The translations under genes were made by a program, and so were the position numbers. A DNA stretch of 64,000 bases from the human T2T-CHM13v2.0 reference genome, Homo sapiens. Shown here piece after piece: positions 1 through 14,600 of the stretch. Below the pieces are notes generated by a model, which saw nothing but the letters and a program-made list of their open reading frames with translations, was not told the origin of the DNA and did no database searches. Position 1 is the first letter of the stretch. Every line of letters begins with the position of its first letter. The stretch lies in the NCBI RefSeq assembly GCF_009914755.1, contig NC_060925.1; one strand, given 5' to 3'.

Positions 1-3000
1 CACCCCCAGGTGAGCATCTGACGGCCTGGAACAGCACCCACACCCCCAGGTGAGCATCCGACAGCCTGTAGCAGCACCCACACCCCTAGATTAGCATATG
101 ACCGCATGGAATGGCATCCTCACCTCCAGGTGAGCATCCGACAGCCTGGAGCAGCACCCACACACCCAGGGGAGCATCTGATAGCCTGGAACAGCAACCA
201 CACCCCCAGGCGAGCATCTGACAGCCTGGAACAGCACCCTGCACCCCCGAGTGAGGATCAGACAGCCTGGAGCAGCACCCACACTCCAGGTGAGCATCTG
301 ACAGCCTGAAGCAGCACCCACATCAACAGGTGAGCATCTGACAGCCTGGAACAGAACCCACACCCCCAGGTGAGCATCTGACAGCCTGGAACAGCTCTCA
401 CAACCCCAGGAGAGCATCTGACAGGCTGGAACAGCATGCTGCACCCCCAAGTGAGCATCTGACAGCGTGGAGCAGCAACCACACCCCCAGGTGAGCATCC
501 AACAGCCTGGAACAGCACCGACACACCCAGGTGAGCATCCGACAGCCTGGAGCAGCACCCACACCCCCAGGTGAGCATCTGACCGCATGGAATGGCATCC
601 TCACCTCCAGTGGAGCATCCAACAGCCTGGAGCAGCACCCACACACCCAGGCGAGCATCTGACAGTCTGGAACAGCACCCACACCCCCAGGTGAGCATCT
701 GATATCCTGGAACAGCACCCACACCCCCAGGTGAGCATCTGACAGGCTGGAGCAGCACGCACACCCAGAGGTGAGCATCTGACAGCCTGGAACAGCACCC
801 ACACCCCCAGGTGAACATCCGACAGCCTGGAGCAGAACCCACACCACCAGGCGAGCATCTGACAGCCTGGGTCGGCACCCACACCCCCAGGTGAGCATCT
901 GACAGTCTGGAGCAGCACCCACACCCACAGGGGAGCATCTGACAGCCTGGAACAGAACCCACACCCCCAGGTGAGCATCTGACAGACTGGAACAGCACCC
1001 CCACGCCCAGGTGAGCCTCTGACAGCCTGGATCAGCACCCTGTAGCCCCAGGTGTGCACGTGACAGCCTGGAACAGCACCGACACCCCCAGGCGACCATC
1101 TGACAGCCTGGAACAGCACCCAAACACCCAGGTGAGCATTGGACAGCCTGGAGCAGCACCCACAACCCCAGGCGAGCAACCGACAGCCTGGAGCAGCACC
1201 CACACCGACAGGTGAGCATCTGACATCGTGGAGCAGCACCCCACACCCACAGGTGCGCACCTGACAGCCTGGAGCAGCACGCACACCCCAGGTGAGCATC
1301 TGACAACCTGGAACAGCACCCTGCACCCCCAGGTGAGCATCCGACAGCCTGGAGCAGCACCCATACCCACAGGCGAGCATCCGACAACCTGGAGCAGCAC
1401 CCACACCCCCAGGTGAGCATCTGATGGTCTGGAGCAGCACCCACAAACACAGGTGAGCATCGGAGCGTCTGGAGCAGCGCCCACAGCCCCAGGCGAGCAT
1501 CTGACAGACTGGAGCAGTGCCCAAACCCCCAGGTGAGCATCTGACAGCATGGAGCAGCACCCATAGCCCAAGGTGAGCATCTGACAACCTGGAGCAGCAC
1601 CCACACCCCGAGGCGAGCATGTGTACGCACGGAGGAGCACCCACACCCCCAGGCGAGCATCCGACAGCCTGGAGCAGCACCCACACCCCCAGGTGCGCGT
1701 CTGATGGTCTGGAGCAGCACCCACACCCACAGGTGAGCATCTGACAGCCTGGAACAGAAACCACACCCCCAGGTGAGCATATGACAGAGTGGAACAGCAC
1801 CCACATGCCCAGGTGAGCCTCTGACAGCCTGGAACAGCACCCTGCACCCCCAGGTGAGCATCTGACAGCCTGGAACAGCACGCACACCCCCAGGTGAGCA
1901 TCTGACAGCCTTGAACAGCAACCACACGCCCAGGCGAGCATCTGACAGCATGTAACAGCACCCACACCCCCAGGTGAGCATCTGACAGCCTGGAACAGCA
2001 GCCTGCACCCCAAGGTGTGCACGTGACAGCCTGGAACAGCACCCAGATCCCCAGGCGAGCATCTGACGGCCTGGAATAGCACCCACACCTCCAGGTGAGC
2101 ATCTGACAGCCTGGAACAGCACCCACACCCCCAGGTGAACATCTGACATAGTGGAGCAGCACCCCACACCCACAGGTGAGCATCTGACGGCCTGGAGCAG
2201 CACCCACACCCCCAGGTGCGCACGTGACATCCTGGAACAGCACCCACAGCCCCAGGCGAGCATCTGACGGCCTGGAACGGCACCCACACCCCCAGGCGAG
2301 CATCGGACAGCCTGGAGCAGCACGCACACCCCCAGGTGAGCATCTGACAGCCTGGAATAGCACCCACACTCCCAGACGAGCATCGGACAGCCTGGAGCAG
2401 CACCCACACCACCAGGCGATCATCCGCCAGACTGGAACAGCACCGACACCCCAAGGTGAGCATTCGACAGCCTGGAGCAGCACCCACACCCCCAGGCGAG
2501 CATCTGACAGCCTGGCGCAGCACCCACACCCCCAGGTGAGCATCCGAAATCGTGGAGCAGCACCCCACACCCACAGGTTAGCATCTGACAGCCTGGAAGA
2601 GCACCCACACCCCCAGGCAAGCATCTGACATCCTGGAGCAGCACCCACATCCCCAGGTGAGCATCTGACAGCCTGGAGCAGCACCCTGCACCCCCAGGTG
2701 AGCATCTGACAGCCTGGAACAGCACCCTGCACCCCCAGGTGAGCATCTGACAGCCTGGAACGGCACCAACACCCCCAGGTGAGCATCTGACGGTCTGGAG
2801 CAGCACCGACAACCACAGGTGAGCATCGGAGAGTCTGGAGCAGCACCCACAGCCCAAGGTGAGCATCTGACAACCTGGAGCAGCACCCACACCCCGAGGT
2901 GAGCATCTGACCTCCCAGAGCAGCACCCATACCCCCAGGCGAGCATCTGAACTCATGGAGCAGCACCCATACCCCCAGGCGAGCATCTGACCGAACGGAG

Positions 3001-5700
3001 CAGAACCCACAACCCCAGGCGAGCATCTGACAGCCTGGAACAGCACCCACAAACCCAGGAGAGCATCTGACAGCCCGCAGCAGCACCCACACGCACAGGT
3101 GAGAATCTGACAGCGTGGAGCAGCACCCACACCCCCAGGGGAGCATCTGACCGCATGGAGCACCACCAACACCCCCAGGGGAGCATCTGACATCCTGGAG
3201 CAGCACCGACAACCGCTGTTGAGCATCTGAGAGCCTGGAACAGCACCCACACCCCCAGGTGAGAATCTGACAGCCTGGAAGAGCACCCCACATCCCCGGG
3301 TGAGCATCTGACAGCCTGGAAGAGCACCCACACCCCCAGGTGAGCATCCGATAGCCTGGAGCAGCACCCACACCCTCAGGTGAGCATCTGACGGCCTGGA
3401 ACAGCACCCACACGCCCAGGTGACCATCCGACAGCCTGGAACAGCACCCACACCCCAGGTGAGCATCTGACAGCCTGGAAAAGCACCCTGCACCCCCTGG
3501 TGAGCATCTGACAGTCTGGAACAGCACACACACCCCCAGGCGAGCATCTGACAACCTGGAACAGCACCCATACACCGAGATGAGCATCTGACAGCCTGGT
3601 ACAGCACCCGGCACCCACAAGTGAGCATCTGACAGCCTGGAACAGCACCAACAACCCCAGGCGAGCATCTGACAGCCTGGAACAGCACCCATACGCCCAG
3701 ATGAGAATCTGACGGCCTGGAAAAGCACCCTGCCCACCCAGGTGCGCACCTGACAGCCTGGAACAGCACCCACACCCCCAGGCGAGCATCTGACGGCCTG
3801 GAACGGCACCCACACCCCCAGGTGAGCATCCGACATCCTGAAACAGCTCCCACACCCGCAGATGAGCATCCGACAGCCTGGAGCAGCACCCACACCTCCA
3901 GATGAGCATCTGACCGCATGGAATGGCATCCTTACCTCCAGGTGAGCATCCGACAGCCTGGAGCAGCACCCACACCCCCAGGTGAGCATCTGACAGCCTG
4001 GAAGAGCAACCACCCCCAGGCGAGCATCTGACAGCCTGGAAAAGCACCCGGCACCCCCGGGTGAGGATCAGACAGCCTGGAGCAGCACCCACACTTCAGG
4101 TGAGCATCTGACAGCCTGAAGCATCACTCACACAAACAGGTAAGCATCTGACAGTCTGGAACAGCACCCAAATCCCCAGGTGAGCATCTGACAGTTTGGA
4201 ACAGGACCCTGCACCCCCAAGTGAGCATCTGACAACCTGGAGCAGCAACCACACACCCAGGTGAGCATACAACAGCCTGGAACAGCACCCACACCCCCAG
4301 GTGAGCATCCGACAGCCTGGAGCAGCACCCACACCCAGAGGTGAGCATCTGACAGCCTGGAATAGCACCCACACTCCCAGACGAGCATCGGACAGCCTGG
4401 AGCAGCACCCACACCGCCAGGCGATCATCCGCCAGCCTGGAACAGCACCGACACCCCTAGGTGAGCATTCGACAGCCTGGAGCAGCACCCACACCCCCAG
4501 GCGAGCATCTGACAGCCTGGCGCGGCACCCACAACCCCAGGTGAGCATCCGAAATCGTGGAGCAGCACCCCACACCCACAGGTGGGCATCTGACAGCCTG
4601 GAACAGCACCCACACACCCAGGCGAGCATCTGACATCCTGGAGCAACACCCACACCCCCAGGTGAGCATCTGACAGCCTGGAGCAGCACCCTGCACCCCC
4701 AGGTGAGCATCTGACAGCCTGGAACAGCACCCTGCACCCCCAGGTGAGCATCTGACAGCCTGGAACGGCACCAACACCCCCAGGTGAGCATCTGACGGTC
4801 TGGAGCAGCACCGACAACCACAGGTGAGCATCGGAGAGTCTGGAGCAGCACCCACAGCCCAAGGTGAGCATCTGACAACCTGGAGCAGCACCCACACCGC
4901 GAGGTGAGCATCTGACCTCCCAGAGCAGCACCCATACCCCCAGGCGAGCATCTGAACTCATGGAGCAGCACCCACAACCCCAGGCGAGCATCTGACAGCC
5001 TGGAACAGCACCCACAACCCCAGGTGAGCATCTGACAGCCCGCGGCAGCACCCACACGCACAGGTGAGAATCTGACACCGTGGAGCAGCACCCACACCCC
5101 CAGGGGAGCATCTGACTGCATGGAGCACCACCAACACCCCCAGGGGAGCATCTGACATCCTGGAGCAGCACCGACAACCCCAGGTGAGCATCTGAGAACC
5201 TGGAACAGCACCCACACCCCCAGGTGAGAATCTGACAGCCTGGAAGAGCACCCCACATCCCCAGGTGAGCATCTGACAGCCTGAAATAGCACCCTGCACC
5301 CCCAGGTGACCATCCGACAGCCTGGAGCAGCACCCACACTCCCAGGTGAGGATCTGACAACCTGGAACAGCACCCACACACCCAGGTGAGCATCTGACAG
5401 CATGGAGCAGTGCCCACACCCCCAGGTGAGCATCTGCCAGCCTGGAGCAGTGTCCACACCCCCAGGTGAGCATCTGACAGCATGGAGCAGCACCCACAGC
5501 CCAAGGTGGGCATCTGACAACCTGGAGCAGCACCCACACCCCCAGGCGAGCATCTGAAGTCACAGAGCAGCACCCACACCTCCAGGCGAGCATCCGACAG
5601 CCTGGAGCAGCACCCACACCCCAAGGTGAGCATCTGTTGGTCTGGAGCAGCACCCACAACCACAGGTGAGCATCGGAGAGTCTGGAGCAGCGCCCACAAC

Positions 5701-5957
5701 CCCAGGCGAGCATCTGACAGCCTCGAGCAGTGCCCACACCCCAAGGTGAGCATCTGAAAGCGTGGAGCAGCACCCACAGCCAAAGGTGTGCATCTGACAA
5801 CCTGGAGCAGCACCCACACCCCCAGGCGAGCATCTGACAGCCTCGAGCAGTGCCCACACCCCAAGGTGAGCATCTGACAGCGTGGAGCAGCACCCACAGC
5901 CAAAGGTGTGCATCTGACAACCTGGAGCAGCACCCACACCCCCAGGCGAGCATCTGA
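5701..5957. repeat. Near-perfect 120-bp (3-monomer) tandem duplication
   Basis: 5701-5820 and 5821-5940 are identical except 5758 A vs 5878 C. Both carry the rare CCTCGAGCAGTGCC and CAAAGGTGTGCATC variants. Confidence 0.95.
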
Positions 5958-7959
5958 ATGCACGGAGCAGCACCCACTCCCCAAGGCGAGCATCCGACAG
6001 CCTGGAGCAGCACCCACACACCCAGGTGAGCATCTGACAGCCTGGAGCAGCACCGACAACCCCAGGTAAGCATCTGAGAGCCTGGAACAGCACCCACACC
6101 CCCAGGTGAGAATCTGACAGCCTGGAAGAGCACCCCACATCCCCGGGTGAGCATCTGACAGCCTGGAACAGCACCCACACCCCCAGGTGAGCATCCGATA
6201 GCCTGGAGTGGCACCCATACCCTCAGGTGAGCATCTGACAGCCTGGAGCAGCACCCACACCCCCAGGTGAGCATCTGACAGCCTGGAACAGCACCCACAC
6301 CCCCAGGAGAGCATCCGGCAGCCTGGAGCAGAACCCACACCCACAGGCGAGCATCTGACAGCCTGGGTCGGCACCCACACCCCCAGGTGAGAATCTGATG
6401 GTTCGGAGCAGTACCCACACCCACAGGTGAGCATCTGAGAGCCTGGAACAGAACCCACACCCCCAGGTGAGCATCTGACAGACTGGAACAGCACCCTGCA
6501 CCCACAGGTGAGCATCTGACAGCCTGGAACACCACCCACACGCCCAGGTGAGCATCCGACAGCCTGGAACAGCACCCACAGACCCAGGTGAGCATCCAAC
6601 AGCCTGGAGCAGCACCCACACCCCCAGGTGAGCATCTGATATCCTGGAAAAGCACCCACACGCCCAGGTGAGCATCTGACAGCCTGGAGCAGCACACCCA
6701 CCCCGAGTGAGCATCTGACAGCCTGGAACAGCACCCACACCCCGAGGTGAGCATCCGATAGCCTGGAGCAGAACGCACACCCCCAGGCGAGCATCTGACA
6801 GCCTGGGTCGGCACCCACACCCCCAGGTGCGCATCTGATGGTCTGGAGCAGCACCCACACGCACAGGTGAGCATCTGACAGCCTGGAACAAAACCCACAA
6901 CCCAGGTGAGCATCTGACAGACTGGAAGAGCACCCACATGCCCAGGTGAGCCTCTGACAGCCTGTAACAGCACCGTTCACCCCCAGGTACGCACGTGACA
7001 GCGTCGAACAGCACCGACACACCCAGGTGAGCATTGGGCAGCCTGGAGCAGCACCCACAACCCCAGGCGAGCATCGGACAGCCTGGAGCAGCACCCACAC
7101 CCCCAGGTGAGCATCTGACATCGTGGAGCACCACCCCCCACACACAGGTGAGCATCTGATAGCCTGGAGCAGCACCCACACGCCCAGGTGGGCAGCCGAC
7201 AGCTTGGAACAGAACCCACACCTCCAGGTGAGCATCTGACAGACTGGAACAGCACCCACACGCCCAGGTGAGCCTCTGACTGCCTGGAACAGCACGCGCA
7301 CACCCAGGTGAGCATCTGACAGCGTGGAACAGCACCCACATCCCCAGGCGAGCATCTGACAGCATGTAACAGCACCCACACCCCCAGGTGAGCATCTGAA
7401 AGCCTGGAACCACACCCTGCACCCCCAGGTTCGCACGTGACAGCCTGGAACAGCACCCACACCCCCAGGCGAGCATCTGACGGCCTGGAACGGCACCCAC
7501 ACCCCCAGGCGAGCATCGGACAGCCTGGAGCAGCACGCACACCCCCAGGTGAGCATCTGACAGCCTGGAATAGCACCCACACTCCCAGACGAGCATCGGA
7601 CAGCCTGGAGCAGCACCCACACCACCAGGCGATCATCCGCCAGCCTGGAACAGCACCGACACCCCAAGGTGAGCATTCGACAGGCTGGAGCAGCACCCAC
7701 ACCCCCAGGCGAGCATCTGACAGCCTGGCGCAGCACCCACACGCCCAGGTGAGCATCCGAAATCGTGGAGCAGCACCCCACACCCACAGGTGAGCATCTG
7801 ACAGCCTGGAACAGCAACCACACTGCCAGGCGAGCATCTGACATCCTGGAGCAGCACCCACACCCCCAGGTGAGCATCTGACAGCCTGGAGCAGCACCCT
7901 GCACCCCCAGGTGAGCATCTGACAGCCTGGAACAGCACCCTGCACCCCCAGGTGAGCAT

Positions 7960-9060
7960 CTGACAGCCTGGAACGGCACCAACACCCCCAGGTGAGCATC
8001 TGACGGTCTGGAGCAGCACCGATAACCACAGGTGAGCATCGGAGAGTCTGGAGCAGCACCCACAGCCCAAGGTGAGCATCTGACAACCTGGAGCAGCACC
8101 CACACCGCGAGGTGAGCATGTGACCTCCCGGAGCAGCACCCATACCCCCAGGCGAGCATCTGAACTCATGGAGCAGCACCCACAACCCCAGGCGAGCATC
8201 TGACAGCCTGGAACAGCACCCACAACCCCAGGTGAGCATCTGACAGCCCGCGGCAGCACCCACACGCACAGGTGAGAATCTGACAGCGTGGAGCAGCACC
8301 CACAACCCCAGGGGAGCATCTGACCGCATCGAGCACCACCAACACCCCCAGGGGAACATCTGACATCCTGGAGCAGCACCGACAACCACAGGTGAGCATC
8401 TGAGAGCCTGGAACAGCACCCACACCCCCAGGTGAGAATCTGACAGCCTGGAAGAGCACCCCACATCCCCGGGTGAGCAACTGACAGCCTGGAACGGCAC
8501 CAACACCCCCAGGTGAGCATCTGACGGTCTGGAGCAGCACCGACAACCACAGGTGAGCATCGGAGAGTCGGGAGCAGCACCCACAGCCCAAGGTGAGCAT
8601 CTGACAACCTGGGGCAGCACCCATACCCCGAGGTGAGCATCTGACCTCACGGAGCAGCACCCATACCCCCAGGCGAGCATCTGAACTCATGGAGCAGCAC
8701 CCACACTCCCAGGCGAGCATCTGACCGAACGGAGCAGCACCCACAACCCCAGGCGAGCATCTGACAGCCTGGAACAGCACCCACAACCCCAGGTGGGCAT
8801 CTGACAGCCTGCAGCAGCACCCACACGCGCAGGTGAGAATCTGACAGCCTGGAGCAGCACCCACACCCGCAGGGGAGCATCTGACCGCATGGAGCAGCAC
8901 CCACACCACCAGGGGAGCATCTGACATCCTGGAGCAGCACCGACAACCCCAGGTGAGCACCTGAGAGCCTGGTACGGCACACACACCCCCAGGTGAGAAT
9001 CTGACAGCCTGGAAGAGCACCCCACATCCCCGGGTGAGCATCTGACAGCCTGGAACAGCT
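7960..9060. repeat. Tandem duplication of a ~521-561 bp (13-14 monomer) cassette
   Basis: GAACGGCACCAAC at 7971/8492, GGAGAGTC at 8041/8562 and GAACTCATGG at 8162/8683 all have offset 521. The second copy has one extra GACCGAACGG monomer. Confidence 0.85.
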
Positions 9061-10109
9061 CCCACACCCCTAGGTGAGCATCCGACAGCCTGAAACAGCT
9101 CCCACACCCCCAGGTGAGCATCCGACAGCCGGGAGCAGCACCCATACCCCCAGGTGATCATCTGACCGCATGGAATGGCATCCTCACCTCCAGGTGAGCA
9201 TCCGACAGCCTGGAGCAGCACTCACACCCCCAGGTGAGCATCTGACCGCAAGGAATGGTATCCTCACCACCAGCTGAGCATCCGACAGCCTAGAGCAGCA
9301 CCCACACTCCAGGTGAGCATCTGACAGCCTGAAGCAGCAGCCACACCAACAGGTGAGCATCTGACAGCCTGGAACAGAACCCACACCCACAGGTGAGCAT
9401 CCGACAGCCTGGAGCAGAACCCACACCCCCAGGCGAGCATCTGACAGCCTGGAACAGCACCCTGCACCCCCGGGTGAGGATCAGACAGCCTGGAGCAGCA
9501 CCCACACTCCAGGTGAGCGTCTGACAGCCTGAAGCAGCACCCACACCAACAGGTGAGCATCCGACAGCCTGGAACAGCACCCACACCCCCAGGTGAGCAT
9601 CTGACATCCTGGAACAGGACCCTGCACCCCCAAGTGAGCATCTGACAACCCGGAACAGCAACCACACCCCCAGATGAGCATCCAAAAACCTGGAACAGCA
9701 CCCACACACCCAGGTGAGCATCTGACAGCCTGGAGCAGCACCACACCCCCAGGTGAGCATCCGACAGCCTGGAACAGCAACTACAAACCCAGGTGAGCAT
9801 ACGACAGCCTGGAGCAGCACCCACACCCCCAGGCGAGCATCCGACAACGTGGAGCAGCACCCACACCCCCAGGTTAGCATGTGATAGTCTGGAGCAACAC
9901 TCACAACCACAGGTGAGCATCGGAGAGTCTGGAGCAACGCCCACACCCCCAGGGGAGCATATGACAGCCTGGAGCAGTGCCCACACCCCCAGGTGAGCAT
10001 CTGACAGCGTGGAGCAGCACCCACAGCCCAAGGTGAGCATCTGACAGCCTGGAACAGCACCCATACCCCCAGGTGAGCATCTGATATCCTGGAAAAGCAC
10101 CCACACCCC

Positions 10110-11640
10110 CAGGTGAGCATCTGACAGCCCGGAGTAGCACGCACAACCCCAGGTGAGCATCTGATAGCCTGGAACAGCACCCACACCCCCAGGTGAGCAT
10201 CCGACAGCCTGGAGCGGAACCCACACCCTTAGGCGAGCATCTGACAGCCTGGAACAGCACCCTGCAGCCCCGGGTGAGGATTAGACAGCCTGGAGCAGCA
10301 CCCACACTCCAGGTGAGCATCTGACAGCCTGAAGCAGCACCCACACCAACAGGTGAGCATCTGACAGCCTGCAACAGCACCCACACCCCCAGGAGAGCAT
10401 CTGACAGCCTGGAAGAGGACCCTGCAGCCCTAAGTGAGCATCTGACAACCTGGAGCAGCAACCACACCCCCAGGTGAGCATCCAACAGCCTGGAACAGCA
10501 CCCACACACCCAGGTGAGCATCTGACAGCCTGGAGCAGCACCCACAAACTCAGGTGAGCATCCGACAGCCTGGAACAGCACCTAGAAACCCAGGTGAGCA
10601 TCCGACAGCCTGGAGCAGCACCCACACCCCCAGGCGAGCATCTGACAGCCTGGAACAGCACCCACACCCCAGGTGAGCATCTGATATCCTGTAACAGCAC
10701 CCACACCCCCAGGTGAGCATCTGACAGCCCGGAGCAGCACGCAAACCCCCAGGTGAGCATCTGATACCCTGGAACAGCACCCACACCCCCAGGTGAGCAT
10801 CCGACAGCCTGGAGCAGAACCCACACCAACAGGCGAGCATCTGACAGCCTTGGTCGGCAACTACACCCCCAGGTGAGCATCTGACAGCCTGCAACAGCAC
10901 CCCGCACCCTCAGGTGCGCACGTGACAGCCTGGAACAGCACCCACACAGCCAGGCGAGCATCTGACGGCCTGGAACAGCACCCACACCCCGAGGCGAGCA
11001 TCGGACATCCTGGAGCAGCAGCCACACCCCCAGGTGAGCATCTGACAGCCTGGAACAGCACCCTGCACCCCCAGGTGAGCATCTGACAGCCTGGAACAGC
11101 TCCCTGCACCCTCAGGTGCGCACGTGACAGCCTGGAACAGCACCCACACCCCCAGGCGAGCAACTGACAGCCTGGAACAGCACCCTGCATCCCCAGGTGA
11201 GCATCTGACGGCCTGGAACCGCACCCACACCCCCAGGTGAGCATCCGACAGCCTGGAGCAGCACCCACACCCCAGGTGAGCATATGACCGCATGGAATGG
11301 CATCCTCACCTCCAGGTGAGCATCGGACAGCCTGGAGCAGCACCCACACACCCTGGTGATCATCTGACAGCCTGGAACTGCAACCAATCCCCCGGGCCAG
11401 CATCTGACAGCCTGGAACAGCAACCACATCCCCAGGCGAGCATCTGGCAGCCTGGAATAGCACCCTGCACCCCCGATTGAGGATCAGACAGCCTGGAGCA
11501 GCACCCACACTCCAGGTGAGCATCTGACAGTCTGAAGCAGCACCCACACCAACAGGTGAGCATCTGACAGCCTGGAACATCACCCACACCCCCAGGTGAG
11601 CATCTGACAGCCTGGAACAGCGCTCACAACTGCAGGTGAG
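10110..11640. repeat. Dispersed ~1.5-kb duplicated block, copy 1 (copy 2 at ~62341-63870)
   Basis: Shared rare variants occur in the same order at offset ~52,232: GGAGCGGAAC (10211/62443), GAAGAGGACCCTGCAGCCCTAAG, CATATGACCGCATGGAATGG (11281/63513), CAACCAATCCCCCGGGCCAG and CCCCGATTG. Confidence 0.88.
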
Positions 11641-14600
11641 CATCCAACAGCCTGGAACAGCACCCACACCCCCAGGTGAGCATCCGACAGCCTGGAGCAG
11701 CACCCACACCCCCAGGTGAGCATCTGATATCCTGGATCAGCATCCACACCCCAAGGTGAGCATCTGACAGCCTGGAGCAGCACGCACACCCGCAGTGAAC
11801 ATCTGACAGCCTGGAACAGCACCCACACACCCAGGTGAGCATCCGACAGCCTGGAGCAGAACCCACACCCCCAGGCGAGCATCTGACAGCCTGGGTCAGC
11901 ACGCACACCCCCAGGTGCGCATCTGATGGTCTGGAGCAGCACCCACACCCACAGGTGAGCATCTGACAGCCTGGAACAGAACCCACACCCCCAGGTGAGC
12001 ATCTGACAGACTGGAACAGCACCCCCACGCCCAGGTGAGCATCTGACAGCCTGGAACAGCACCCTGCACCCCCAGGTGCGCACGTGACAGCCTGGAACAG
12101 CACCCACACCCCGAGGCGAGCATCTGTGGGCCTGGAACAGCACCCACACCCCCTGGTGAGCATTGGACATCCTGGAGCAGCACTCACAAACCCAGGAGAG
12201 CATCCGACAGCCTGGAGTAGCACCGACACCCCCAGGTGAGCATCTGACATAGTGGAGCAGCACCCCATACCCACAGGTGAGCCTCTGACAGCCTGGAGCA
12301 GCACCCACACGCCCAGGTGAGCATCCGACAGCCTGGAGCAGCACCCACACCCCCAGGCGAGCATCCGACAACGTGGAGCAGCACCCACACCCCCAGGTTA
12401 GCATGTGATGGTCTGGAGCAGCACCCACAACCACAGGTGAGCATCTGACAGCCTGGAACAGAGCCCACACCCCCAGGTGAGCATCTGACAGACTGGAATT
12501 GCACCCACATGCCCAGGTGAGCCCCTGACAGCCTGAAACAGCACCCTGCACCCCCAGGTGAGCATCTGACAGCCTGGAACAGCACGCACACCCCCAGGTG
12601 AGCCTGTGACAGCCTGGAACAGCACCCACACCCCCAGGTTAGCATGTGATGGTCTGGAGCAGCGCCCACACCCCCAGGCGAGCATCTGACAGCCTGGAGC
12701 AGTGCCCACACCCCCAGGTGAGCATCTGACAGCTTGTAGCAGCACCCACAGCCCAAGTTGAGCATCTGACAACCTGGAGCAGCACCGACAACCCCAGGCG
12801 AACATCTGAACGCACGGAGCAGCACCCTCACCTCCCGGCGAGCATCCGACAGCCTGGAGCAGCACCCACACCCCCAGGTGCACATCTGATGGTCTGGAGC
12901 AGCACCCACACCCACATGTGAGCATCTGACAGCCTGGAACAGAGGCCACACCCCCAGGTGAGCATCTGACAGACTGGAACAGCACCCACATGCCCAGGTG
13001 AGCCCCTGACAGCCTGAAACAGCACCCTGCACCCCCAGCTGAGCATCTGACAGCCTGGAACAGCACGCACACCCCCAGGTGAGCATCTGACAGCGTGGAA
13101 CAGCACCCACACCCCCAGGCGAGCATCTGACAGCATGTAACAGCACCCACACCCCCAGGTGAGCATCTGACAGCCTGGAACAGCAACCTACACCCCCAGG
13201 TGCGCACGTGACAGCCTGGAACAGCACCCACACACCCAGGTGAGCATCTGACAGCCTGGAGTAGCACCCTGCATCCCCAGGAGAGCATCTGACAGCATGG
13301 AACAGCACCCTGCACCCCCAGCTGAGCATCTGACACCCTGGAACAGCACACACACCCCCAGGCGAGCATCTGATAACATGGAACAGCACCCATATGCAGA
13401 GATGAGCATCTGACAGCCTGGAATAGCACCCTGCAACCCCAGGCGAGCATCTGACAGCCTGCAACAGCACCCATACGCCCAGTTGAGCATCTGACAGCCT
13501 GGAACAGCACCCTGCACCCCCAGGTGCGCACCTGACAGCCTGGAACAGCACCCACTCACCCAGGCGAGCATCTGATGGCCTGGAATGGCACCCACACCCC
13601 CACGTGAGCATCCAACAGCCTGGAACTGCACCCACACCCCCACGTGAGCATCCGACAGCCTGGAGCAGCACCCACACCCCCAGGCGAGCATCTGACAGCC
13701 TGGAACAGCACCCACACCCCCAGGTGAGCATCCGACAGCCTGGAGCAACACCCACACCCCCAGGCGAGCATCTGACAGCCTGGAACAGCACCCACACGCC
13801 CAGGTGAGCATCTGATATCCTGGAACAGCACCCACACCTCCAGGTGAGCATCTGATAGGCTGGAGCAGCACGCACACCCCCAGGTGAGCATCTGACAGCC
13901 TGGAACAGCATCCACACCCCCAGGTGAACATCCGACAGCCTGGAGCAGAACCCACAACCCCAGGAGAGCATCTGACAGCCTGGGTCGGCACCCACACCCC
14001 GAGGTGAGCACCTGATGGTCTGGAGCAGCACCCACACCAACAGGTGAGCATCTGACAGCCTGGAACAGAACCCACAACCCCAAGTGAGCATCTGACAGAC
14101 TGAAACAGCACCCACACTCCCAGGTGAGCCTCTGACAGCCTGGAACAGCACGCGAACCCCCAGGTGAGCATCGGACAGCCTGGAGTAGCAGCCACACCGC
14201 CAGGCGAGCATCCGCCAGCCTGGAACAGCACCCACACCCCCAGGTGAGCATTCGACAGCCTGGAGCAGCACCCACACCGCCAGGCGAGCATCCGCCAGCC
14301 TGGAACAGCACCCACACCCAGCGGTGAGCATCTGACCTGCCGGAGCAGCACCCACACCCCCAGGCGAGCATCTGACCGAACGGAGCAGCACCCACAACCC
14401 CAGGCGAGCATCTGACAGCCTGGAACAGCACCCACAACCCCAGGTGACCATCTGACAGCCCGCAGCAGCACCCACACGCACAGGTGAGAATCTGACAGTG
14501 TGGAGCAGCACCCACACCCCCAGGGGAGCATCTGACCCCATGAAGCACCACCAACACCCCCAGGGGAACATCTGACATCCTGGAGCAGCACCGACAACCC

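Noticed and set aside
101-130. GGAATGG in the landmark monomer resembling the human satellite II/III (GGAAT)n pentamer
   Set aside because: It is a single pentamer that aligns without gaps to the consensus GGAACAG, and it is never tandemly repeated.
4425-8159. 1,244-aa minus-strand ORF and all similar long Cys/Gly-rich ORFs (e.g. 1032-4013, 45627-48797, 52355-55246), superficially like keratin-associated proteins or metallothioneins
   Set aside because: They are translations of a stop-free 40-bp repeat. They overlap in all three frames with the same peptide, the unit is not a multiple of 3, 39/41-bp indels are frequent, and there is no unique N- or C-terminal sequence.
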